Part shown: positions 10,299 through 18,961 of the stretch, one piece after another
How positions within the stretch are numbered: position 1 is the first letter of the stretch
Layout: every line of letters begins with the position of its first letter
DNA from: an uncultured Opitutia bacterium
Lineage (GTDB): Bacteria > Verrucomicrobiota > Verrucomicrobiia > Opitutales > Opitutaceae
Length of the DNA stretch: 64,000 bases
Reading direction: 5' to 3'
Assembly: GCA_903861185.1 (NCBI GenBank)
Contig: CAIOTK010000429.1
Location: forward strand, 4,099-68,098
Position numbers and translations under genes: made by a program
The notes under the pieces: model-generated
The model's input: only the letters and a program-made list of their open reading frames with translations
Told to the model about the DNA's origin: nothing
Databases searched by the model: none

Positions 10299-11825
10299 TC
10301 AGGGTTCGCCGGCCTGGGCCGCGGCCTTGCGTTTACCGCCGCCGGCCTTGGCCCGGCCCGTGCCCGCGGCTCGCCTGGCTTCCGCCTCGGCCTCTACTGC
10401 GTGCATAAACGCGGCGCGCCGCGCCGGATCTTGGCGGGCACGGAAGACCTCGAGCAGCGGGTCGCGCGTGCGTACCATCCAGGCGTCCAACGCCCCGGTG
10501 AGTTGCTCCTCCGTCACACGATGGGCGGGCTGGCCGATCAGGTTGCGCAGGGCGTCCGGATCGGAGGCGTAGTGGTAGAGTTCCTCCGGACGCCGGTGTT
10601 CAAACAGATCGAGCCGGGCGGCCAGCGCCGGGTCGGTGCGGGCCAATTCCTGCATCCGCCGGAAGGTGGCGGTGCCGCGCGTGGCCGTCGCCATCACGCG
10701 CGTGCCGTCGGACCAGGGGTTGAACAGGTAGCCGTGCTCGCGGGTGATGAGGGTCCGCATCGGGTGGCGGTGGCCCCCGGAGTTCTCGTTGTACTCCGCC
10801 ACAATATGGTCGCGGCCCTCCTGCGTCGCTCCGCGCAGCACCGGGGCGAAGGACCGGCCGTCGACCCCGGTCGGTTCGGGCAAGCCGAGCATCTCGAGCA
10901 CCGTGGGCCGCAGGTCCACCCCAGAGACGAGATGAGGGTCATCTACGGCGCCCGCGCGGGGCACCCCGGGCCAGCGCACCATCCACGGCGTGCGCGTGCT
11001 GTGGAAATACAGCTGGGTCTTAGCGAAGGGGAGGGGCATCCCGTGGTCCGAGAGGAACATCACGATGGTGCGCTCCTCTTCGCCGGACTCGCGCAGCGCC
11101 GCGAGGATGGCGCCGAGGCCGTCGTCCGCGCGGCGGACGGAGGAGTGGTAACGGGCGAGTTCGGCCCGCACCTTTGGGTCGTCGAAGAGGAAGCCGGGCA
11201 CCGGGACCTCCGTCGGAGAAAATACGCGGCTCGGCCGGTAGCGGGCGTCGGCGGACGCGTCCTCGCCAAAGAAGGGCTTGTGGGGATCCGAGAGGTTGAG
11301 GTTCAGGAAGAACGGCTTCGCTGCGCTCCGAGCCTCGGCGATTCCGCGGCGCGCGCTCTCGCCGTAGGAGGCGGGGTCCTTCTGGTGCAGCGGGGTGCCA
11401 TCGGGACGCCGGTCGAGGATGACATCCCAGCCGGGGTAGGGGGAGTACGGCGTGGAGTGCTCCACCTTGTGCCGGATGCCGGTGTAGTAGCCGGCGGCGC
11501 GCAGGAGGTCGGAGAGGTGCGGCCAGCCGGGGTTGCGGACCTGGTAGAAGCCCTCGATCCGGTTGTTGTGTGGGTATCGTCCGGAGAAGAGCACGTTCCG
11601 CGAGGGCATGCAGTTGCCCACCTGCACGAAGGCGTGCGCGAAACGCAGGCTCGTCGCTGCGAGTCGGTCCATTTCGGGCGTGGCACCCGGCAGGGGGCAG
11701 CCGTACACACCGAGCGAGTCGCAGCTAAGGTCGTCGGCCGTGACCAGCAGCAGGTTCCAGCGCGGCGCCGCGGCCAGCAGCGGCGCGGCCAGCGCGAGGA
11801 GGCAGGCGAGGCGGAGGGGGCTCAT
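10299..11825 (-). CDS. Secreted sulfatase (N-sulfoglucosamine sulfohydrolase-like subgroup)
   Basis: Signal peptide; NLLLVTADD; formylglycine motif CMPSRNVLFSGRYP (CxPxR); FLSDHG; ELYHYASDP. Confidence 0.9.
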   Translation of the reverse strand: MSPLRLACLLALAAPLLAAAPRWNLLLVTADDLSCDSLGVYGCPLPGATPEMDRLAATSLRFAHAFVQVGNCMPSRNVLFSGRYPHNNRIEGFYQVRNPGWPHLSDLLRAAGYYTGIRHKVEHSTPYSPYPGWDVILDRRPDGTPLHQKDPASYGESARRGIAEARSAAKPFFLNLNLSDPHKPFFGEDASADARYRPSRVFSPTEVPVPGFLFDDPKVRAELARYHSSVRRADDGLGAILAALRESGEEERTIVMFLSDHGMPLPFAKTQLYFHSTRTPWMVRWPGVPRAGAVDDPHLVSGVDLRPTVLEMLGLPEPTGVDGRSFAPVLRGATQEGRDHIVAEYNENSGGHRHPMRTLITREHGYLFNPWSDGTRVMATATRGTATFRRMQELARTDPALAARLDLFEHRRPEELYHYASDPDALRNLIGQPAHRVTEEQLTGALDAWMVRTRDPLLEVFRARQDPARRAAFMHAVEAEAEARRAAGTGRAKAGGGKRKAAAQAGEP

Positions 11826-11944
11826 CGGTTGCGCCGGAGCGAGCCGGAACCCGTCCGCCGCGTCAACCGCGGTCGCGGGCGTTTTGGGGTTGAAACGGCG
11901 GGGCGAAAAGGCGGACTCGCCGCAGCCCCCTTTTTACCCCCTCT

Positions 11945-13648
11945 ATGAACATCGGCGGCGCCGGCACCACCCAGCACACCTATGACGCGATCGTCGTCGG
12001 CTCCGGCATCAGCGGTGGCTGGGCCGCGAAGGAGCTGACCGAGAAGGGCCTCCGCACACTACTCCTCGAGCGCGGCCGCGACGTGAAGCACGGGGATTAC
12101 CCGACGGCGATGCAGGAGGCGTGGGAGTTCCCGGGCCGTAACCGGCGCTCGAATACCGAGCTGGAACGCCAAGCGAAGCAGAACCGCACTGGTTACACGA
12201 CGCATCCGGCCTCGGCGCACTGGTTCGTGGATGACGTCGATAATCCCTACTCCGAGGATAAGCCCTTCGATTGGATGCGCGGCTACCACGTCGGGGGCCG
12301 CTCGCTGCTCTGGGGCCGGCAGTCGTATCGGTTCAGCGAGCTCGATTTTGAGGCCAATGCCCGCGACGGGGTGGGCGTCGACTGGCCGATCCGCTACCGC
12401 GACCTCGCCCCGTGGTACGAGGAGGTCGAGCGCTTCGCCGGCATCAGCGGCCAGCGGGAGGGCCTCGCGCAGTTGCCGGACGGCGAGTTCCTTCCGCCGA
12501 TGGCGATGAACTGCCTCGAGCAGGACGTGCGCGGGCGACTGGCGGAGAAGTTCAACGGCCGGGTGATGACCATCGGGCGCGCGGCGAACCTCACCGTGCC
12601 GCACCTCGGGCGCGGCTCCTGCCAATACCGCAACCGCTGCATTCGCGGCTGCCCCTACGGCGGCTACTTTAGCAGTAACTCCGCCACGCTCCCCGCCGCC
12701 TATGCCACCGGCCGGCTCACGCTCCGGCCGTTTTCGATCGTCACCGAAATCATCCCCGCCGCTGACGGCAAGCGCGCGGCCGGGGTGCGCGTGATCGATG
12801 CGGAGACGCGCGAGGTGATCGAGTTCCGCGCGCGTGTGATCTTCCTCTGCGCCTCCGCGGTGGCCTCGACGTTCATCCTGCTGAACTCCCGCTCCGACCG
12901 GTTTCCGCAGGGCTTCGGCAACGATAGCGGGGAACTTGGCCACAACCTGATGGATCACCACTTCAAGGTGGGCGCCGCCGGCATCTCCGACCGCTTCGCC
13001 GACCGCTATTTCCGCGGGAACCGACCGAACGGGATTTACATCCCCCGCTTCCGGAACCTCGACGCCGCCACGCGCCGCAAAGACTACCTGCGCGGCTTCG
13101 GCTACCAGGGCAGTGCCAGCCGCCTCGACTGGGCGCGCCCGATCCGCGAGCTGAGCTTCGGCGCCGGCCTCAAGACCGACTTGATCCGGCCCGGTCCGTG
13201 GCGCTTCGGCATCGGCGCGTGGGGCGAGTGCCTGCCCTACCACCGCAACCGGCTCTACCTGAACTCCGCGGTGCGGGACAAGTGGGGCCAACCCACCGTT
13301 ACCTTCGACTGCGCTTGGCAGGAGAACGAGCTCGCGATGCGTAAGGATATGCAGGCCGCAGCGGTGGAGATGCTCGAGGCCGCCGGCCTGCGCGACGTCC
13401 GCGGATTCGACGACGGTAGCGCCCCGGGGCTCTGCATCCACGAGATGGGCACCGCGCGGATGGGACGGGACCCGCGCACCTCCGTCCTCAACGCGTGGAA
13501 CCAAGTCCACGCAGCGCCCAATGTGTTCGTCACCGACGGCGCTTGCATGACCTCCAATTCCTGCGTCAACCCGTCCCTCACGTATATGGCGCTCACCGCG
13601 CGCGCCTGCGACCACGCCGTCGCGGAGATGAAGCGGAACCACCTGTGA
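11945..13648 (+). CDS. GMC-family FAD oxidoreductase (glycoside 3-dehydrogenase flavoprotein-like)
   Basis: DAIVVGSGISGGWAAKEL FAD-binding motif, VGGRSLLWGR, C-M-N-C/C-QYRNRC-IRGC Cys cluster, IHEMGTARMG, SCVNPSLT. Confidence 0.88.
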   Translation: MNIGGAGTTQHTYDAIVVGSGISGGWAAKELTEKGLRTLLLERGRDVKHGDYPTAMQEAWEFPGRNRRSNTELERQAKQNRTGYTTHPASAHWFVDDVDNPYSEDKPFDWMRGYHVGGRSLLWGRQSYRFSELDFEANARDGVGVDWPIRYRDLAPWYEEVERFAGISGQREGLAQLPDGEFLPPMAMNCLEQDVRGRLAEKFNGRVMTIGRAANLTVPHLGRGSCQYRNRCIRGCPYGGYFSSNSATLPAAYATGRLTLRPFSIVTEIIPAADGKRAAGVRVIDAETREVIEFRARVIFLCASAVASTFILLNSRSDRFPQGFGNDSGELGHNLMDHHFKVGAAGISDRFADRYFRGNRPNGIYIPRFRNLDAATRRKDYLRGFGYQGSASRLDWARPIRELSFGAGLKTDLIRPGPWRFGIGAWGECLPYHRNRLYLNSAVRDKWGQPTVTFDCAWQENELAMRKDMQAAAVEMLEAAGLRDVRGFDDGSAPGLCIHEMGTARMGRDPRTSVLNAWNQVHAAPNVFVTDGACMTSNSCVNPSLTYMALTARACDHAVAEMKRNHL

Positions 13649-14196
13649 ACCCGCCCGCCCCCGCTCCCTACACCCGCCGCGAGGCGCTCGTCCGCGCGGC
13701 CGCTCTCGCCGGGCTGAGCCTCACGCCGGCCTGGATCGACCGCGTCCTGGCCGCCGCTGCCGGTCCGGTAGTTGCGCTTCCTCCCGCCCGTGCGGCCGTG
13801 CTGGCCGCGGCGGCGGAGCGGATCTTGCCCCGCACTGACACCCCGGGTGCGACTGACGTCGGGGTCCCGGCTTTTCTGGCCCGCCTGTTGGAGGGTTACG
13901 TTTCTCCCGCCGATCGTGACACGGTGCTGGTGGGCCTCGATGCGCTCGAGGCGGCGGCGCGTGCCGCGCACGGGCGGGGTTTTGCGGAGGTGGCCCCTGC
14001 GGCGCAGGACGCCTTCGTGCGCGCCGCGGCGGAGGCCGGCGGGCGCTTCTTCCCGCTGCTACGCGAATACACCCTGCTCGGCTATTTTACGTCCGAGCGG
14101 GTCGGCCGGGAGGTCCTGCATTACGACCCCGTGCCCGGCCGGTGGGACCCCTGCGTGCCGCTCGCGGAGGTGGGTGACCGACTCTGGACCCGCTGA
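13645..14196 (+). CDS. Gluconate 2-dehydrogenase subunit 3 family protein (Tat-type small subunit)
   Basis: GTG start overlaps the GMC stop (GTGA). YTRREALVR twin-Arg signal, ILPRTDTPGATDVGV, TLLGYFTSE, VPGRWDPC. Confidence 0.85.
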   Translation: MNPPAPAPYTRREALVRAAALAGLSLTPAWIDRVLAAAAGPVVALPPARAAVLAAAAERILPRTDTPGATDVGVPAFLARLLEGYVSPADRDTVLVGLDALEAAARAAHGRGFAEVAPAAQDAFVRAAAEAGGRFFPLLREYTLLGYFTSERVGREVLHYDPVPGRWDPCVPLAEVGDRLWTR

Positions 14197-14260
14197 CCGC
14201 CGGCGCCGTCCCCGGCGGGCCGGGGTTGGCGCGGAGCTAATGTGCAACCTCGCCGCTGCT

Positions 14261-15535
14261 TCAGAGCAGCAGGAGGGCGGGGCTCTCGAGCAGCGACTTG
14301 AGGGCGTTGAGGTATTGAGCGCCGACGGCGCCGTCGACCACACGGTGGTCGCAGGATAGAGTGACGGTGAGCGTCTGGCCGATCTCGATGCGGTCGCCGC
14401 GGACGACGGGTTTCCGCACCGCCGCGCCAACCGCAAGGATGGCCGCGTTGGGCGGGTTGATGATCGCGCTGAAGCGCGGGATCCCCATCATTCCGAGGTT
14501 GGACACGCAGAACGTGCCGCCAGTGAATTCCGCGGGGGCGAGTTTCTTCTCCTTGGCTCGCTTGCCGAGGGCTTTCGCCTCGGCCGAAATTGCGAAGATC
14601 GACTTCAGGTGGGCGTCGCGCACGACGGGGGTGATCAACCCATCCTCAATCGCAACCGCGAACGAGACGTGGGCGGCGGCGAAGTAACGGATCTGGTTGC
14701 CCTCCCAAGACGCGTTGACCTGGGGTACCCGGCGCAGCGCTTCGGCGCTCGCCTTAAGGATAAAGTCGTTGACCGAGAGTTTAACCCCCTCGCCTTCGAG
14801 CGCCGCGTTCAGCTGCTCGCGGAGCGTGGTGAGTGGGGCCGCGTCGATCTCAATCTCGACGTAGAAGTGGGGCAGTTGGGTCTTGGACTCCAGCAGCCGG
14901 CGTGCGATGGCGCCGCGCATATTCGAGACGGCGACGGCGCGTTCTTCTTGAATCGGACCCTTAGCGAGGACGGAGGCGGCGGCGCGGGCGGCGGCCGGGG
15001 CAGGCGCTGCGGCGGCGGCGAGGACATCGGCGCGGCGGATGCGGCCTCCGGGGCCAGAGCCTTGGACGCGCGCGAGGTCGATGCCTTTGGCGGCGGCGAC
15101 TTTGCGAGCTAGGGGAGTGGCCTTGATGCGGCCGGCCGCGGTGGGCGCGGGCGCCGGCGCGGGAGCGGGAGCCGCGACGGCAGCGGGCGCGGGCGCAGCG
15201 ACAGGTGCCGGGGCGGGAGCGGGAGCGGGAGCCGGTGCGGGGCTGGTTGCGGCGGGAGCCGCGGGGGCCTTGGGGGCGGGCGCGGGGGCTGCCTCGCCGG
15301 GCTTGCCGATGGCGCACAGCGGGGCCCCGAGGGCGACCTGCGAGCCACCGGGCGCGTAGATCTTGAGGATCGTCCCGTCGAAGAAGCATTCCAGCTCCAT
15401 CGTGGCCTTATCGGTCTCGACCTCGGCGAGCATATCGCCCGCCTTCACGACGTCGCCCTCTTTCTTCAGCCATTTGGCCAGCGTGCCCACCGTCATGGTG
15501 TCGCTGAGCTTTGGCATTTCGATGATGTTGGCCAT
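14261..15535 (-). CDS. pdhC: Pyruvate dehydrogenase E2, dihydrolipoamide acetyltransferase
   Basis: Single lipoyl domain EVETDKATME, Ala/Pro linker, E3-binding ATPLARKVA, catalytic SCDHRVVDG. Confidence 0.95.
   Translation of the reverse strand: MANIIEMPKLSDTMTVGTLAKWLKKEGDVVKAGDMLAEVETDKATMELECFFDGTILKIYAPGGSQVALGAPLCAIGKPGEAAPAPAPKAPAAPAATSPAPAPAPAPAPAPVAAPAPAAVAAPAPAPAPAPTAAGRIKATPLARKVAAAKGIDLARVQGSGPGGRIRRADVLAAAAAPAPAAARAAASVLAKGPIQEERAVAVSNMRGAIARRLLESKTQLPHFYVEIEIDAAPLTTLREQLNAALEGEGVKLSVNDFILKASAEALRRVPQVNASWEGNQIRYFAAAHVSFAVAIEDGLITPVVRDAHLKSIFAISAEAKALGKRAKEKKLAPAEFTGGTFCVSNLGMMGIPRFSAIINPPNAAILAVGAAVRKPVVRGDRIEIGQTLTVTLSCDHRVVDGAVGAQYLNALKSLLESPALLLL
15160..15290 (-). repeat. Low-complexity GC hexamer-like repeats encoding the (AP)n linker of PDH E2
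   Basis: gcgggagcgggagcgggagcc and similar tracts translate to APAPAPAPAP in pdhC. Confidence 0.6.
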
Positions 15536-15555
15536 GGCGGTGCGGGAAACGGGGT

Positions 15556-16533
15556 TCAGGCGAGCGTCTCGAGGGCGGCCTGGAGGACGCGGCGCGGGTT
15601 GGGAAGCTGCTCGACCTCGACGGGCGGGCTGTAGATCGCGGGCGCGTCGACCGTCGCGAGACGGTGGACCGGGCCGTCTAGCTCATCGAAGGCCTCACGC
15701 TGGATCATATAGGCGAGTTGGGAGCCGACGGAGGCGAAGGGCTTCTGCTCCTCGACGATCAGCACCCGGTGCGTCTTGGCGACCGAGCGCAGGACGGAAT
15801 CGATATCCAAGGGACGGATCGTGCGTAGGTCGAGGACCTCGGCGGAGACCTTGTGCTCACGCTCCAGGACTTCCGCGGCGGCGAGCGAGTGTAGCACGGA
15901 GCGGCCGTAGGTGACGATCGTCAGGTCAGTACCGGGCCGTTTCACGTCGGCCAGACCCAGCGGGACGACATGTTCTCCGGCGGGCACTTCGCCCTTTTCC
16001 CCGTAGAGCATCGTGTTCTCGAGGAAGAACACTGGGTCGTTGTCGCGGATGGCCGACTTGAGCAGGCCCTTCGCGTCGGCGGGCGTGGAGGGGACGACAA
16101 CCTTCACGCCGGGGTGGTTGGCGAGGACGTTCTCCGGCGTGTGCGAGTGCGTGGCGCCGACGTTCGTGCCGCCGTTGGCCGGGCCGCGGATCACGATGGG
16201 GCAGTGAATCTGGCCGCCGCTCATATAACGCACGTTGGCGGCGTTATTCAGAATTTGGTCGAAGGCGACGGAGTAGAAGGACCAGAACATCAGCTCCATC
16301 ACGGGGCGGATGCCGAGCATGGAGGCGCCGATGCCGACGCCGATGAATCCAGCCTCGCTGATCGGGGTGTCGACGATCCGCTGGGGGCCGAAGCGGGCGA
16401 GGAGGCCCTCGGTGACCTTGTAGGCACCGTTGAACTGGGCGACTTCCTCGCCCATAACGACGACGTTGGGATCGCGTTCCAGCTCCTCTGCAAGGGCGTG
16501 GCGGACGGCTTCGCGGTAGGTGATGACAGGCAC
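15556..16533 (-). CDS. pdhB: Pyruvate dehydrogenase E1 beta subunit
   Basis: ITYREAV...MGEEVAQFNGAYKVTEGL, DTPISEAGF, GATHS, DLRTIRPLD. Start moved to GTG 16533; the track ORF begins at 16974 inside pdhA. Confidence 0.95.
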   Translation of the reverse strand: MPVITYREAVRHALAEELERDPNVVVMGEEVAQFNGAYKVTEGLLARFGPQRIVDTPISEAGFIGVGIGASMLGIRPVMELMFWSFYSVAFDQILNNAANVRYMSGGQIHCPIVIRGPANGGTNVGATHSHTPENVLANHPGVKVVVPSTPADAKGLLKSAIRDNDPVFFLENTMLYGEKGEVPAGEHVVPLGLADVKRPGTDLTIVTYGRSVLHSLAAAEVLEREHKVSAEVLDLRTIRPLDIDSVLRSVAKTHRVLIVEEQKPFASVGSQLAYMIQREAFDELDGPVHRLATVDAPAIYSPPVEVEQLPNPRRVLQAALETLA

Positions 16534-16559
16534 GGTGGAAGGGGGCTGCGGCGGTCCGT

Positions 16560-17645
16560 TCAGGTGAAGAAGAGGCGGCCCTGCGAGCGGCGCTCGGAGG
16601 GGTTGTCCGCCTCCCAGTAGACATCGGTTTGGATGTCGGCCGGGGTGGGGAAGGGGCTCGCCTCCGAGAAGTCGGCGGCGACATCGGCCTCGGCCCGCGC
16701 CTCGGTGTCGATCTGCTCCGCGGTGGCGGCGGTGAGCACGCCCTCGGCCAGCAATTTGTCTTGGAACAGCTGGATCGGATCCCGGGTGCGCCGGTACTCC
16801 TCGATCTCCTGCTTGCTGCGGTAGGTGTTGTCCGGGTCGGCGACTGAGTGGCCGCGGTAGCGGTAGGTGTCGATCTCGACGGTGCTCGGCTTGCCGGTCT
16901 CGCGGGCCAGCGTGAGGAACTTGTCCATCATCGCGCGCACCTCGTAAACGTCGTGGCCGCTGCACTGGCCCCACTGCATATCGTAGCCGGCCGCCCGCTG
17001 GGCGAGTTCGCCGGCGGAGGAGCGCGCCTGGCTGGTGCCCATCGAGTAGCCGTTATTCTCGATGACGAACACCACGGGAAGGTTCCAGAGGGAGGCCAAG
17101 TTGTAGGCCTCGTGGACGGCGCCCTGATTCACGGCGCCGTCACCCATAAAGGCCATCGCGGCGCCCTTCAGTCCCTTGTATTTCAGGGCGTAGGCGAGGC
17201 CGGCGCCGAGCGGGATCTGGCCGCCGACGATGCCGTGGCCGCCCCAGTAATTGCGGGACGGATCAAAGTAGTGCATCGAGCCCCCTTTGCCCTTGGAGCA
17301 GCCCGTGGCCTTGCCGTAGAGCTCGGCCATCAGCGCCTTGGTATCCATCCCGACGGCGATCGCGTGGCCGTGGTCGCGGTAGGCGGTGATCACGTGGTCG
17401 TTGGGCCCCATCAGCGAACAGCAGCCGACGGCGACGGCCTCCTGGCCGATGTAAAGGTGGAGGAACCCACCGATCTTCTTGGCTTGGTAGGCGCGGAGGC
17501 TGCGCTCCTCGAACCGGCGGATCCGCATCATCTTGCGGAAGAGCTCGATCCGCTCCTCGGGGGTCAGGCGGGCGTTCACGGGCGCCTGCGCGTGATCGTT
17601 GGCGGCGGGGGACGTTGCTTCCTTGGCGGTCGGTTTCTTGCTCAC
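16560..17645 (-). CDS. pdhA: Pyruvate dehydrogenase E1 alpha subunit
   Basis: IGGFLHLYIGQEA, GKGGSMH, ThDP motif GDGAVNQG...ENNGY, YRYRGHSVADP. Confidence 0.96.
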   Translation of the reverse strand: MSKKPTAKEATSPAANDHAQAPVNARLTPEERIELFRKMMRIRRFEERSLRAYQAKKIGGFLHLYIGQEAVAVGCCSLMGPNDHVITAYRDHGHAIAVGMDTKALMAELYGKATGCSKGKGGSMHYFDPSRNYWGGHGIVGGQIPLGAGLAYALKYKGLKGAAMAFMGDGAVNQGAVHEAYNLASLWNLPVVFVIENNGYSMGTSQARSSAGELAQRAAGYDMQWGQCSGHDVYEVRAMMDKFLTLARETGKPSTVEIDTYRYRGHSVADPDNTYRSKQEIEEYRRTRDPIQLFQDKLLAEGVLTAATAEQIDTEARAEADVAADFSEASPFPTPADIQTDVYWEADNPSERRSQGRLFFT

Positions 17646-17691
17646 GGAGGACGAAGGGAAAGGCTCAAGCTGCGGCTGCCGCTGCGGCGAA

Positions 17692-18228
17692 TCAAGCGCG
17701 GAGATTCGCGGTCGTGCCGGGGCCGGGGATTACTTCCTCGATCTCGATGCGCAGGGGCGCATCCGGGGCGCAATCCGCCTTGAGGGCTACGAAGCCGTCC
17801 CGGTGCCGGTCGTAGATCGGCCAGAGCGCCTGGCGATCGGTGTCGGGAATGGGCAGGGCGTCGATCGCCGCACGGGAGAAGAAGGCGAAGCTGCCCTCGT
17901 CGATCGGGGGCGGGAGTGCGCGCAGCGGCACGCGGCAGCGGAAGAGGAACATCAGCCAGTGGGCGTGCCCCTCGTAGGCTTTCTCGGCGATCAGGGCGAA
18001 AAGGTGGAAGTCGCCCGCCGCGACCCGGTGGCCGGTCTCCTCGAACGTTTCCCGAACCGCGCACTCAAAAGGGGACTCGCCGCGCGCGGTCTCCAGCTTG
18101 CCCCCGATCGGGCTCCAAACGCCCAAGTTCGGTGCCTTGGCCCGTAGCATCAGCAGGAGTTCCCCGGACTCGTTTTCCAAGAAGACAAGAACGGCGAGTT
18201 TGTGGGCGAGCGGGGCGGGGGAGGACAT
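17692..18228 (-). CDS. NUDIX hydrolase
   Basis: Nudix box GGKLETARGESPFECAVRETFEETG; upstream of and co-oriented with pdhA. Confidence 0.88.
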   Translation of the reverse strand: MSSPAPLAHKLAVLVFLENESGELLLMLRAKAPNLGVWSPIGGKLETARGESPFECAVRETFEETGHRVAAGDFHLFALIAEKAYEGHAHWLMFLFRCRVPLRALPPPIDEGSFAFFSRAAIDALPIPDTDRQALWPIYDRHRDGFVALKADCAPDAPLRIEIEEVIPGPGTTANLRA

Positions 18229-18284
18229 AGGCCGCGAAAAAGTTTGAGCGTGACCCCGGTTAAGGAGCGCTCAACTTTTTTCGG

Positions 18285-18887
18285 GTGCTCCGCCTCGCCC
18301 GCGTTCTCGCCTGCACCCTTGCCTTCCCCTGGGCGACGGCGGCCCCGGCTCCCGCCCCGTCCGTCGAGGTGGTGAATCTGCGCACCAATCAAGTGCGGCC
18401 GAGCAATGGCGGCCCCGCGTGGCTGGAGACCACGCTCTCGCTTAACGTGCGGCCCCCCGGCGGCGGTCCCGCGCCGGTCGTCGCGGCAGTGCGGGTTGCA
18501 CTGCTCCTCGCGTTCGAGCTGCCGGGTTCGGCCGGCGGCCCTCGTCGCACGCAGGCCTACGCCGCCGCGGTGGAGTGCGTAGCGCTGGAACCAGGGCGAG
18601 CGGAGGTCCGTTTCTACCTACCCCCGGAAATCCTCAAACGGGACCAGATTCGGGGGGACCCCAAATTTTGGGGGGTGGAACTCATCGCAGGCGGCGAGGC
18701 CCTCCCTGCCGCCCGCACGGCGTACTCCGCCAACCTCGGCCCCCCCGCCGCCCGAACCGAGTTCCAGCGACGCTGGGCGCCGGCGGCGGCGGCCAACGAC
18801 GGGATCCTGCAACCGCAGCACCTCACGCCATTCGCCTTGGAGTACCCGCGTTCGACCCCGTCGGTCGTCCGCCGGGAGCCCCGCTGA
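18285..18887 (+). CDS. Secreted hypothetical protein, positional equivalent of Akkermansia Amuc_1102
   Basis: Signal-peptide-like N-terminus, beta-rich mature region, first gene before the pilM-like cluster. The family assignment rests on synteny only. Confidence 0.6.
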   Translation: MLRLARVLACTLAFPWATAAPAPAPSVEVVNLRTNQVRPSNGGPAWLETTLSLNVRPPGGGPAPVVAAVRVALLLAFELPGSAGGPRRTQAYAAAVECVALEPGRAEVRFYLPPEILKRDQIRGDPKFWGVELIAGGEALPAARTAYSANLGPPAARTEFQRRWAPAAAANDGILQPQHLTPFALEYPRSTPSVVRREPR

Positions 18888-18961
18888 AGGTTCCCCGTAA
18901 CCATAATACGCTTGCCGCGTCTCGCCCCATTTGAAATCGCCTTACTCCTTCTTGCCCAATT

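Noticed and set aside
5095-11825. Heparan-sulfate catabolic cluster (sulfamidase-like + HGSNAT-like genes)
   Set aside because: The genes are on opposite strands, separated by unrelated LPS and ABC genes, with no glycosidase or transporter; both families are common and broad in specificity.
15160-15290. Tandem GC-rich repeats as a contingency locus
   Set aside because: They encode the ordinary Ala/Pro linker of PDH E2.
14261-17645. Missing E3 (lpdA) in the PDH operon
   Set aside because: lpdA is commonly encoded elsewhere and shared between complexes; not unusual.
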